Of a DNA stretch of 64,000 nt, positions 1-12,000 are shown in pieces. A model generated the notes under the pieces. The model saw only the letters and a program-made list of their open reading frames with translations, made no database searches and was not told where the DNA came from. The stretch is from Camelus dromedarius (taxonomy: Eukaryota), in NCBI RefSeq assembly GCF_036321535.1, contig NC_087436.1, positions 1,426,001 through 1,490,000 on the forward strand. The letters are read 5' to 3'. The translations under genes and the position numbers were made by a program. Every line of letters starts with the position of its first letter. The first letter of the stretch is position 1.

Positions 1-17
1 ACGGCTTTCACACACAA

Positions 18-3000
18 TTATCTCTCAGAACTGAGCAAGTGGAGAGACGTTCGTTCATCTAGCACCAAGGGAACGGGTTGCAGGAGACACTTTTTCTCTG
101 CTTTCTCAGTCTGTTTCCTAGGGCCGGTTTGATGTTCCTGCAGTTTTCACTGTCAAACCGAGTTGGAGCTAGTTCCTCCCCATATATATGTATGGAATGG
201 AGTTTGCAACTGAAAAGAAACTTTGTGTTCCCAACAAGCTAGGTGAAGGACGGCTTTCACACACACTTATCTCTCAGAACTGAGCAAGTGGAGAGACGTT
301 CGTTCATCTAGCACCAAGGGAACGGGTTGCAGGAGACACTTTTTCTCTGCTTTCTCAGTCTGTTTCCTAGTGCCGGTTAGAAGTTCCTGCAGTTTTCACT
401 GTAAAACCGAGTTGGAGCTAGTACCTCCCCATATATATGTATGGAATGGAGTTTGCAACTGAAAAGAAACTTTGTGTTCCCCAAAAGCTAGGTGAAGGAC
501 GGCTTTCACACACACTTATCTCTCAGAACTGAGCAAGTGGAGAGACGTTCGTTCATCTAGCACCAAGGGAACGGGTTGCAGGAGACACTTTTTCTCTGCT
601 TTCTCAGTCTGTTTCCTAGTGCCGGTTTGAAGTTCCTGCAGTTTTCACTGTCAAACAGAGTTGGAGATAGTACCTCCCCATATATATGTATGGAATGGAG
701 TTTGCAACTGAAAAGAAACTTTGTGTTCCCAACAAGCTAGGTGAAGGACGGCTTTCACACACACTTATCTCTCAGAACTGAGCAAGTGGAGAGACGTTCG
801 TTCATCTAGCACCAAGGGAACGGGTTGCAGGAGACACTTTTTCTCTGCTTTCTCAGTCTGTTTCCTAGGGCCGGTTTGAAGTTCCTGCAGTTTTCACTGT
901 CAAACCGAGTTGGAGCTAGTACCTCCCCATATATATGTATGGAATGGAGTTTGCAACTGAAAAGAAACTTTGTGTTCCCAACAAGCTAGGTGAAGGACGG
1001 CTTTCACACACACTTATCTCTCAGAACTGAGCAAGTGGAGAGACGTTCGTTCATCTAGCACCAAGGGAACGGGTTGCAGGAGACACTTTTTCTCTGCTTT
1101 CTCAGTCTGTTTCCTAGTGCCGGTTTGAAGTTCCTGCAGTTTTCACTGTAAAACCGAGTTGGAGCTTCTACCTCCCCATATATATGTATGGAATGGAGTT
1201 TGCAACTGAAAAGAAACTTTGTGTTCCCAACAAGCTAGGTGAAGGACGGCTTTCACACACACTTATCTCTCAGAACAGAGCAAGTGGAGAGACGTTCGTT
1301 CATCTAGCACCAAGGGAACGGGTTGCAGGAGACACTTTTTCTCTGCTTTCTCAGTCTGTTTCCTAGTGCCGGTTTGAAGTTCCTGCAGTTTTCACTGTGA
1401 AACCGAGTTGGAGCTAGTACCTCCCCATATATATGTATGGAATGGAGTTTGCAACTGAAAAGAAACTTTGTGTTCCCAACAAGCTAGTTGAAGGACGGCT
1501 TTCACACACACTTATCTCTCAGAACCGAGCAAGTGGAGAGACGTTCGTTCATGTAGCACCAAGGGAACGGGTTGCAGGAGACACTTTTTCTCTGCTTTCT
1601 CAGTCTGTTTCCTAGTGCCGGTTTGAAGTTCCTGCAGTTTTCACTGTCAAACCGAGTTGGAGCTAGTACCTCCCCATATATATGTATGGAATGGAGTTTG
1701 CAACTGAAAAGAAACTTTGTGTTCCCAACAAGCTAGGTGAAGGACGGCTTTCACACCCACTTATCTCTAAGAACTGAGCAAGTGGAGAGACGTTCGTTCA
1801 TCTAGCACCAAGGGAACGGGTTGCAGGAGACACTTTTTCTCTGTTTTCTCAGTCTGTTTCCTAGTGCCGGTTTGAAGTTCCTGCAGTTTTCACTGTGAAA
1901 CCGAGTTGGAGCTTCTACCTCCCCATATATATGTATGGAATGGAGTTTGCAACTGAAAAGAAACTTTCAGTTCCCCACAAGCTTTTTGAAGGACGGCTTT
2001 CACACACAATTATCTCTCAGAACTGAGCAAGTGGAGAGACGTTCGTTCATCTAGCACCAAGGGAACGGGTTGCAGGAGACACTTTTTCTCTGCTTTCTCA
2101 GTCTGTTTCCTAGTGCCGGTTTGAAGTTCCTGCAGTTTTCACTGTAAAACCGAGTTGGAGCTAGTACCTCCCCATATATATTTATGGAATGGAGTTTGCA
2201 ACTGAAAAGAAACTTTGTGTTCCCAACAAGCTAGGTGAAGGACGGCTTTCACACACACTTATCTCTCAGAACTGAGCAAGTTGAGAGACGTTCGTTCATC
2301 TAGCACCAAGGGAACGGGTTGCAGGAGACACTTTTTCTCTGCTTTCTCAGTCTGTTTCCTAGTGCCGGTTTGAAGTTCCTGCAGTTTTCACTGTCAAACC
2401 GAGTTGGAGATAGTACCTCCCCATATATATGTATGGAATGGAGTTTGCAACTGAAAAGAAACTTTGTGTTCCCAACAAGCTAGGTGAAGGACGGCTTTCA
2501 CACACACTTATCTCTCAGAACTGAGCAAGTGGAGAGACGTTCGTTCATCTAGCACCAAGGGAACGGGTTGCAGGAGACACTTTTTCTCTGCTTTCTCAGT
2601 CTGTTTCCTAGGGCCGGTTTGATGTTCCTGCAGTTTTCACTGTCAAACCGAGTTGGAGCTAGTTCCTCCCCATATATATGTATGGAATGGAGTTTGCAAC
2701 TGAAAAGAAACTTTGTGTTCCCAACAAGCTAGGTGAAGGACGGCTTTCACACACACTTATCTCTCAGAACTGAGCAAGTGGAGAGACGTTCGTTCATCTA
2801 GCACCAAGGGAACGGGTTGCAGGAGACACTTTTTCTCTGCTTTCTCAGTCTGTTTCCTAGTGCCGGTTAGAAGTTCCTGCAGTTTTCACTGTAAAACCGA
2901 GTTGGAGCTAGTACCTCCCCATATATATGTATGGAATGGAGTTTGCAACTGAAAAGAAACTTTGTGTTCCCCAAAAGCTAGGTGAAGGACGGCTTTCACA

Positions 3001-4164
3001 CACACTTATCTCTCAGAACTGAGCAAGTGGAGAGACGTTCGTTCATCTAGCACCAAGGGAACGGGTTGCAGGAGACACTTTTTCTCTGCTTTCTCAGTCT
3101 GTTTCCTAGTGCCGGTTTGAAGTTCCTGCAGTTTTCACTGTCAAACAGAGTTGGAGATAGTACCTCCCCATATATATGTATGGAATGGAGTTTGCAACTG
3201 AAAAGAAACTTTGTGTTCCCAACAAGCTAGGTGAAGGACGGCTTTCACACACACTTATCTCTCAGAACTGAGCAAGTGGAGAGACGTTCGTTCATCTAGC
3301 ACCAAGGGAACGGGTTGCAGGAGACACTTTTTCTCTGCTTTCTCAGTCTGTTTCCTAGGGCCGGTTTGAAGTTCCTGCAGTTTTCACTGTCAAACCGAGT
3401 TGGAGCTAGTACCTCCCCATATATATGTATGGAATGGAGTTTGCAACTGAAAAGAAACTTTGTGTTCCCAACAAGCTAGGTGAAGGACGGCTTTCACACA
3501 CACTTATCTCTCAGAACTGAGCAAGTGGAGAGACGTTCGTTCATCTAGCACCAAGGGAACGGGTTGCAGGAGACACTTTTTCTCTGCTTTCTCAGTCTGT
3601 TTCCTAGTGCCGGTTTGAAGTTCCTGCAGTTTTCACTGTAAAACCGAGTTGGAGCTTCTACCTCCCCATATATATGTATGGAATGGAGTTTGCAACTGAA
3701 AAGAAACTTTGTGTTCCCAACAAGCTAGGTGAAGGACGGCTTTCACACACACTTATCTCTCAGAACAGAGCAAGTGGAGAGACGTTCGTTCATCTAGCAC
3801 CAAGGGAACGGGTTGCAGGAGACACTTTTTCTCTGCTTTCTCAGTCTGTTTCCTAGTGCCGGTTTGAAGTTCCTGCAGTTTTCACTGTGAAACCGAGTTG
3901 GAGCTAGTACCTCCCCATATATATGTATGGAATGGAGTTTGCAACTGAAAAGAAACTTTGTGTTCCCAACAAGCTAGTTGAAGGACGGCTTTCACACACA
4001 CTTATCTCTCAGAACCGAGCAAGTGGAGAGACGTTCGTTCATGTAGCACCAAGGGAACGGGTTGCAGGAGACACTTTTTCTCTGCTTTCTCAGTCTGTTT
4101 CCTAGTGCCGGTTTGAAGTTCCTGCAGTTTTCACTGTCAAACCGAGTTGGAGCTAGTACCTCCC
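18..4164 (+). repeat. 10-monomer (2490 bp) offset duplication: 18-1674 repeated at 2508-4164
   Basis: Rare variants recur at +2490 (GGGCCGGTTTGATG 121/2611; ORFs 1184/3674 and 1433/3923). Identity breaks at 17/2507 and 1675/4165. Confidence 0.9.
181..429 (+). repeat. Representative subfamily A monomer (249 bp, arbitrary phase)
   Basis: Consensus read from many copies: CATATATATGTATGGAATGGAGTTTGCAACTGAAAAGAAACTTTGTGTTCCCAACAAGCTAGGTGAAGGACGGCTTTCACACACACTTATCTCTCAGAACTGAGCAAGTGGAGAGACGTTCGTTCATCTAGCACCAAGGGAACGGGTTGCAGGAGACACTTTTTCTCTGCTTTCTCAGTCTGTTTCCTAGTGCCGGTTTGAAGTTCCTGCAGTTTTCACTGTAAAACCGAGTTGGAGCTAGTACCTCCC. This particular copy has GGTTAG in place of GGTTTG. Confidence 0.95.
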
Positions 4165-4984
4165 AATATATATGTATGGAATGGAGTTTGCAACTGAAAA
4201 GAAACTTTGTGTTCCCAACAAGCTAGGTGAAGGACGGCTTTCACACACGCTTATCTCTCAGAACTGAGCAAGTGGAGAGACGTTCGTTCATCTAGCACCA
4301 AGGGAATGGGTTGCAGGAGACACTTTTTCTCTGCTTTCTCAGTCTGTTTCCTAGTGCCGGTTTGAAGTTCCTGCAGTTTTCACTTTAAAACCGAGTTGGA
4401 GCTAGTACCTCCCCATATATATGTATGGAATGGAGTTTGCAACTGAAAAGAAACTTTGTGTTCCCAACAAGCTAGGTGAAGGACGGCTTTCACACACACT
4501 TATCTCTCAGAACTGAGCAAGTGGAGAGACGTTCGTTTATCTAGCACCAAGGGAACGGGTTGCAGGAGACACTTTTTCTCTCCTTTCTCAGTCTGTTTCC
4601 TAGTGCCGTTTTGAAGTTCCTGCAGTTTTCACTGTAAAACCAAGTTGGAGCTAGTACCTCACCATATATATGTATGGAATGGAGTTTGCAACTGAAAAGA
4701 AACTTTGTGTTCCCAACAAGCTAGGTGAAGGACGGCTTTCATACACACTTATCTCTCAGAACTGAGCAAGTGGAGAGACGTTCGTTCATCTAGCACCAAG
4801 GGAACGGGTTGCAGGAGACACTTTTTCTCTGATTTCTCAGTCTGTTTCCTAGTGCTGGTTTGAAGTTCCTGCAGTTTTCACTGTAAAACCGAGTTGGAGC
4901 TAGTATCTCCCCATATATATGTATGGAATGGAGTTTACAACTGAAAAGAAACTTTGTGTTCCCAACAAGCTAGGTGAAGTACGG

Positions 4985-5980
4985 CTTTCACACACACTTA
5001 TCTCTCAGAACTGAGCAAGTGAAGAGACGTTCGTTCATCTAGCACCAAGGGAACGGGTTGCCGGAGACACTTTTTCTCTGCTTTCTCAGTCTGTTTCCTA
5101 GTGCCGGTTTGAAGTTCCTGCAGTTTTCACTGTAAAACCGAGTTGGAGCTAGTACCTCCCCATATATATGTATGGAATGGAGTTTGCAACTGAAAAGAAA
5201 CTTTGTGTTCCCAACAAGCTAGGTGAAGGACGGCTTTCACACACACTTATCTCTCAGAACTGAGCAAGTGGAGAGACGTTCGTTCATCTAGCACCAAAGG
5301 AACGGTTTTCAGGAGACACTTTTTCTCTGCTTTCTCAGTCTTTTTCCTAGTGCCGGTATGAAGTTCCTGCAGTTTTCACTGTCAAACCGAGTTGGAGCTA
5401 GTACCTCACCATATATATGTATGGAATGGAGTTTGCAACTGAAAAGAAACTTTGTGTTCCCAACAAGCTAGGTGAAGGACGGCTTTCACACACACTTATC
5501 TCTCAGAACTGAGCAAGTGAAGAGACGTTCGTTCATCTAGCACCAAGGGAACGGGTTGCCGGAGACACTTTTTCTCTGCTTTCTCAGTCTGTTTCCTAGT
5601 GCCGGTTTGAAGTTCCTGCAGTTTTCACTGTAAAACCGAGTTGGAGCTAGTACCTCCCCATATATATGTATGGAATGGAGTTTGCAACTGAAAAGAAACT
5701 TTGTGTTCCCAACAAGCTAGGTGAAGGACGGCTTTCACACACACTTATCTCTCAGAACTGAGCAAGTGGAGAGACGTTCGTTCATCTAGCACCAAAGGAA
5801 CGGTTTTCAGGAGACACTTTTTCTCTGCTTTCTCAGTCTGTTTCCTAGTGCCGGTTTGAAGTTCCTGCAGTTTTCACTGTCAAACCGAGTTGGAGCTAGT
5901 ACCTCCCCATATATATGTATGGAATGGAGTTTGCAACTGAAAAGAAACTTTGTGTTCCCAACAAGCTAGGTGAAGGACGG
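4985..5980 (+). repeat. Dimer (498 bp) tandem duplication
   Basis: AAGTGAAGAGAC, GTTGCCGGAG and CCAAAGGAACGGTTTTCAGG each occur twice, 498 bp apart (~5020/5518, ~5060/5558, ~5295/5793). Boundaries are approximate. Confidence 0.85.
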
Positions 5981-6099
5981 CTTTCACACACACTTATCTC
6001 TCAGAACTGAGCAAGTGGAGAGACGTTCGTTCATCTAGCACCAAGGGAACGGTTTGCAGGAGACACTTTTTCTCTGCTTTCTCAGTCTGTTTCCTAGTG

Positions 6100-9000
6100 C
6101 CGGTTTGAAGTTCCTGCAGTTTTCACTGTCAAACCGAGTTGGAGCTAGTACCTCACCATATATATGTATGGAATGGAGTTTGCAACTGAAAAGAAACTTT
6201 GTGTTCCCAACAAGCTAGGTGAAGGACGGCTTTCACACACACTTATCTCTCAGAACTGAGCAAGTGGAGAGACGTTCGTTCATCTAGCACCAAGGGAACG
6301 GGTTGAAGTAGACACTTTTTCTCTGCTTTCTCAGTCTGTTTCCTAGTGCCGGTTGGAAGTTCCTGCAGTTTTCACTGTAAAACCGAGTTGGAGCTAGTAC
6401 CTCCCCATATATATGTATGGAATGGAGTTTGCAACTGAAAAGAAACTTTGTGTTCCCAACAAGCTAGGTGAAAGACGGCTTTCACACACACTTATCTCTC
6501 AGAACTGAGCAAGAGGAGAGACGTTCGTTCATCTAGCACCAAGGGAACGGGTTGCAGGAGACACTTTTTCTCTGCTTTCTCAGTCTGTTTCCTAGTGCCG
6601 GTTTGAAGTTCCTGCAGTTTTCACTGTAAAACCGATTTGGAGCTTGTATCTCCCCATATATATGTATGGAATGTAGTTTACAACTGAAAAGAAACTTTGT
6701 GTTCAAAACAAGCTAGGTGAAGGACGGCTTTAACACACACTTATCTCTCAGAACTGAGCAAGTGGAGAGACGTTCGTTCATCTAGCACCAAGGGAACGGG
6801 TTGCAGGAGACAATTTTTCTCTGCTTTCTCAGTCTGTTTCCTAGTGCCGGTTTGAAGTTCCTGCAGTTTTCACTGTAAAACCGAGTTGGAGCTAGTACCT
6901 CCCTGTATATATGTATGGAATGGAGTTTGCAACTGAAAAGAACCTTTTTGTTCCCAACAAGCTATGTGAAGGACGTCTTTCACACACTCCTATCTCTCAG
7001 AACTGAGCAAGTGGAGAGACGTTCGTTCATCTAGCACCAAGGGAACGGGTTGCAGGAGACACTTTTTGTCAGCTTTCTCAGTCTGTTTCCTAGTGCCGGT
7101 TAGAAGTTCCTGCAGTTTTCACTGTAAAATCGAGTTGGAGCTTCTACCTCCCCATATATATGTATGCAATGGAATTTGCAACTGAAAAGAAACTTTGAGT
7201 TCCCAACAAGCTAGGTGAAGGACGGCTTTCACACACATTTATCTCTCAGAACTGAGCAAGTGGAGAGACGTTCGTTCATCTAGCACCAAGGGAACGGGTT
7301 GCAGGAGACACTTTTTGTCTGCTTTCTCAATCTGTTTCCTAGTGCCGGTTTGAAGTTCCTGCAGTTTTCACTTTAAAACCGAGTTGGAGCTAGTACCTCA
7401 CCATATATATGTATGGAATGGAGTTTCCAACTGAAAAGAAACTTTGTGTTCCCAACAAGCTAGGTGAAGGACGGCTTTCACACAAACTTATCTCTCAGAA
7501 CTGAGCAAGTGGAGAGACGTTCGTTCATCTAGCACCAAGGGAACGGTTTGCAGGAGACACTTTTTCTCTGCTTTCTCAGTCTGTTTCCTAGTGCCGGTTT
7601 GAAGTTCGTGCAGTTTTCACTGTCAAAACGATTTGGAGCTAGTACCTCACCATATATATGTATGGAATGGAGTTTGCAACTGAAAAGAAACTTTGTGTTC
7701 CCAACAAGCTAGGTGAAGGACGGCTTTCACACACACTTATCTCTCAGAACTGAGCAAGTGGAGAGACGTTCGTTCATCTAGCACCAAGGGAACGGGTTGC
7801 AGTAGTCACTTTTTCTCTGCTTTCTCAGTCTGTTTCCTAGTGCCTGTTGGAAGTTCCTGCAGTTTTCACTGTAAAACCGAGTTGGAGCTAGTACCTCCCC
7901 ATATATATGTATGGAATGGAGTTTGCAACTGAAAAGAATCTTTGTGTTCCCAACAAGCTAGGTGAAGGACGGCTTTCACACACACTTATCTCTCAGAACT
8001 GAGCAAGTGGAGAGACGTTCGTTCATCTAGCACCAAGGGAACGGGTTGCAGGAGACACTTTTTCTCTGCTTTCTCAGTCTGTTTCCTAGTGCCGGTTTCA
8101 AGTTCCTGCAGTTTTCACTGTAAAACCGAGTTGGAGCTAGTATCTCCCCATATATATTTATGGAATGGAGTTTACAACTGAAAAGAAACTTTGTGTTCCC
8201 AACAAGCTAGGTGAAGGACGGCTTTCACACACACTTATCTCTCAGAACTGAGCAAGTGGAGAGACGTTCGTTCATCTAGCACCAATGGAACGGGTTGCAG
8301 GAGACAATATTTCTCTGCTTTCTCAGTCTGTTTCCTAGTGCCTGTTTGATGTTCCTGCAGTTTTCACTGTAAAACCGAGTTGGAGCTAGTACCTACCCAT
8401 ATATATGTATGGAATGGAGTTTGCAACTGAAAAGAAACTTTGTGTTCCCAACAAGCTAGGTGAAGGACGGCTTTCACACACTCCTATCTGTCAGAACTGA
8501 GAAATGGACAGACGTTCGTTCATCTAGCACCAAGGGAACGGGTTGCAGGAGACACTTTTTCTCAGCTTTCTCAGTCTGTTTCCTAGTGCCGGTTTGAAGT
8601 TCCTGCAGTTTTCACTGTAAAACCGATTTGGAGCTTGTATCTCCCCATATATATGTATGGAATGTGGTTTAGAACTGAAAAGAAACTTTGTGTTCAAAAC
8701 AAGCTAGGTGAAGGACGGCTTTCACACACACTTATCTCTCAGAACTGAGCAAGTGGAGAGACGTTCGTTCATCTAGCACCAAGGGAACGGGTTGCAGGAG
8801 ACACTTTTTCTCTGCTTTCTCAGTCTGTTTCCTAGTGCCGGTTTGAAGTTCCTGCAGTTTTCACTGTAAAACCGAGTTGGAGCTAGTACCTCCCCATATA
8901 TATGTATGGAATGGAGTTTGCAACTGAAAAGAAACTTTGTGTTCCCAACAAGCTAGGTGAAGGACGGCTTTCACACACACTTATCTCTCAGAACTGAGCA

Positions 9001-12000
9001 AGTGGAGAGACGTTCGTTCATCTAGCACCAAGGGAACGGGTTGCAGGAGACACTTTTTCTCTGCTTTCTCAGGCTGTTTCCTAGTGCCGGTTGGAAGTTC
9101 CTGCAGTTTTCACTGTCAAACCGAGTTGGAGCTAGTACCTCCCCATATATATGTATGGAATGGAGTTTGCAACTGAATAGAAACTTTGTGTTCCCAACAA
9201 GCTAGGTGAAGGACGGCTTTCACACACACTTATCTCTCAGAACTGAGCAAGTGGAGAGACGTTTGTTCATCTAGCACCAAGGGAACGGGTTGCAGGAGTC
9301 ACTTTTTCTCTGCTTTCTCAGTCTGTTTCCTAGTGCCGGTTTGAAGTTCCTGCAGTTTTCACTGTAAAACCGAGTTGGAGCTAGTATCTCCCCATATATA
9401 TGTATGGAATGGAGTTTACAACTGAAAAGAAACTTTGTGTTCCCAACAAGCTAGGTGAAGGACGGCTTTCACACACACTTATCTCTCAGAACTGAGCAAG
9501 TGGAGAGACGTTCGTTCATCTAGCACCAAGGGAACGGGTTGCAGGAGACAATTTTTCTCTGCTTTCTCAGTCTGTTTCCTAGTGCCGGTTTGATGTTCCT
9601 GCAGTTTTCACTGTGAAACCGAGTTGGAGCTAGTACCTCCCAATATATATGTATGGAATGGAGTTTGCAACTGAAAAGAAACTTTGTGTTCCCAACAAGC
9701 TAGGTGAAGGACGGCTTTCACACACACTTATCTCTCAGAACTGAGCAAGTGGAGAGACGTTCGTTCATCTAGCACCAAAGGAACGGGTTGCAGGAGACAC
9801 TTTTTCTCTGCTTTCTCAGTCTGTTTCCTAGTGCCGGTTTGAAGTTCCTGCAGTTTTCACTGTAAAACCGAGTTGGAGCTAGTACCTCCCAATATATATG
9901 TATGGAATGGAGTTTGCAACTGAAAAGAATCTTTGTGTTCCCAACAAGCTAGGTGAAGGACGGCTTTCACACACACTTATCTCTCAGAACTGAGCAAGTG
10001 GAGAGACGTTCGTTCATCTAGCACCAAGGGAACGGGTTGCAGGAGACACTTTTTCTCTGCTTTCTCAGTCTGTTTCCTAGTGCCGGTTTGAAGTTCCTGC
10101 AGTTTTCACTGTAAAACCGAGTTGGAGCTAGTACCTCCCCATATATATGTATGGAAAGGAGTTTGCAACTGAAAAGAAACTTTGTGTTCCCAACAAGCTA
10201 GGTGAAGGACGGCTTTCACACACACTTATCTCTCAGAACTGAGCAAGTGGAGAGACGTTCGTTCATCTAGCACCAAGGGAACGGGTTGCAGGAGACACTT
10301 TTTCTCTGCTTTCTCAGTCTGTTTCCTAGTGCCGGGTTGAAGTTCCTGCAGTTTTCACTGTAAAACCGAGTTGGAGCTAGTACCTCCCAATATATATGTA
10401 TGGAATGGAGTTTGCAACTGAAAAGAAACTTTGTGTTCCCAACAAGCTAGGTGAAGGACGGCTTTCACACACACTTATCTCTCAGAACTGAGCAAGTGGA
10501 GAGACGTTCGTTCATCTAGCACCAAGGGAACGGGTTGCAGGAGACACTTTTTCTCTGCTTTCTCAGTCTGTTTCCTAGTGCCGGTTTGATGTTCCTGCAG
10601 TTTTCACTGTAAAACCGAGTTGGAGCTAGTACCTCCCAATATATATGTATGGAATGGAGTTTGCAACTGAAAAGAATCTTTGTGTTCCCAACAAGCTAGG
10701 TGAAGGACGGCTTTCACACACACTTATCTCTCAGAACTGAGCAAGTGGAGAGACGTTCGTTCATCTAGCACCAAGGGAACGGGTTGCAGGAGACACTTTT
10801 TCTCTGCTTTCTCAGACTGTTTCCTAGTGCCGGTTTGAAGTTCCTGCAGTTTTCACTGTAAAACCGAGTTGGAGCTAGTACCTCCCCATATATATGTATG
10901 GAATGGAGTTTGCAACTGAAAAGAAACTTTGTGTTCCCAACAAGCTAGGTGAAGGACGGCTTTCACACACACTTATCTCTCAGAACTGAGCAAGTGGAGA
11001 GACGTTCGTTCATCTAGCACCAAGGGAACGGGTTGCAGGAGACACTTTTTCTCTGCTTTCTCAGTCTGTTTCCTAGTGCCGGTTTGAAGTTCCTGCAGTT
11101 TTCACTGTCAAACCGAGTTGGAGCTAGTACCTCACCATATATATGTATGGAATGGAGTTTGCAACTGAAAAGAAACTTTGTGTTCCCAACAAGCTAGGTG
11201 AAGGACGGCTTTCACACACACTTATCTCTCAGAACTGAGCAAGTGGAGAGACGTTCGTTCATTTAGCACCAAGGGAACGGGTTGAAGTAGACACTTTTTC
11301 TCTGCTTTCTCAGTCTGTTTCCTAGTGCCGGTTGGAAGTTCCTGCAGTTTTCACTGTAAAACCGAGTTGGAGCTAGTACCTCCCCATATATATGTATGGA
11401 ATGGAGTTTGCAACTGAAAAGAAACTTTGTGTTCCCAACAAGCTAGGTGAAGGACGGCTTTCACACACACTTATCTCTCAGAACTGAGCAAGAGGAGAGA
11501 CGTTCGTTCATCTAGCACCAAGGGAACGGGTTGCAGGAGACACTTTTTCTCTGCTTTCTCAGTCTGTTTCCTAGTGCCGGTTTGAAGTTCCTGCAGTTTT
11601 CACTGTAAAACCGATTTGGAGCTTGTATCTCCCCATATATATGTATGGAATGTAGTTTACAACTGAAAAGAAACTTTGTGTTCAAAACAAGCTAGGTGAA
11701 GGACGGCTTTAACACACACTTATCTCTCAGAACTGAGCAAGTGGAGAGACGTTCGTTCATCTAGCACCAAGGGAACGGGTTGCAGGAGACAATTTTTCTC
11801 TGCTTTCTCAGTCTGTTTCCTAGTGCCGGTTTGAAGTTCCTGCAGTTTTCACTGTAAAACCGAGTTGGAGCTAGTACCTATCTGTATATATGTATGGAAT
11901 GGAGTTTGCAACTGAAAAGAACCTTTTTGTTCCCAACAAGCTATGTGAAGGACGTCTTTCACACACTCCTATCTCTCAGAACTGAGCAAGTGGAGAGACG

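Noticed and set aside
181..200. TATA-box promoter, or HSat-like (GGAAT)n tract
   Set aside because: CATATATATG and TGGAATGGAG are short low-complexity words inside the monomer, with no transcription-unit context and no extended pentamer run.
298..327. Intact canonical CENP-B box
   Set aside because: TTCG and CGGG are 13 bp too far apart, and I found no TTCGnnnnAnnCGGG on either strand of the consensus.
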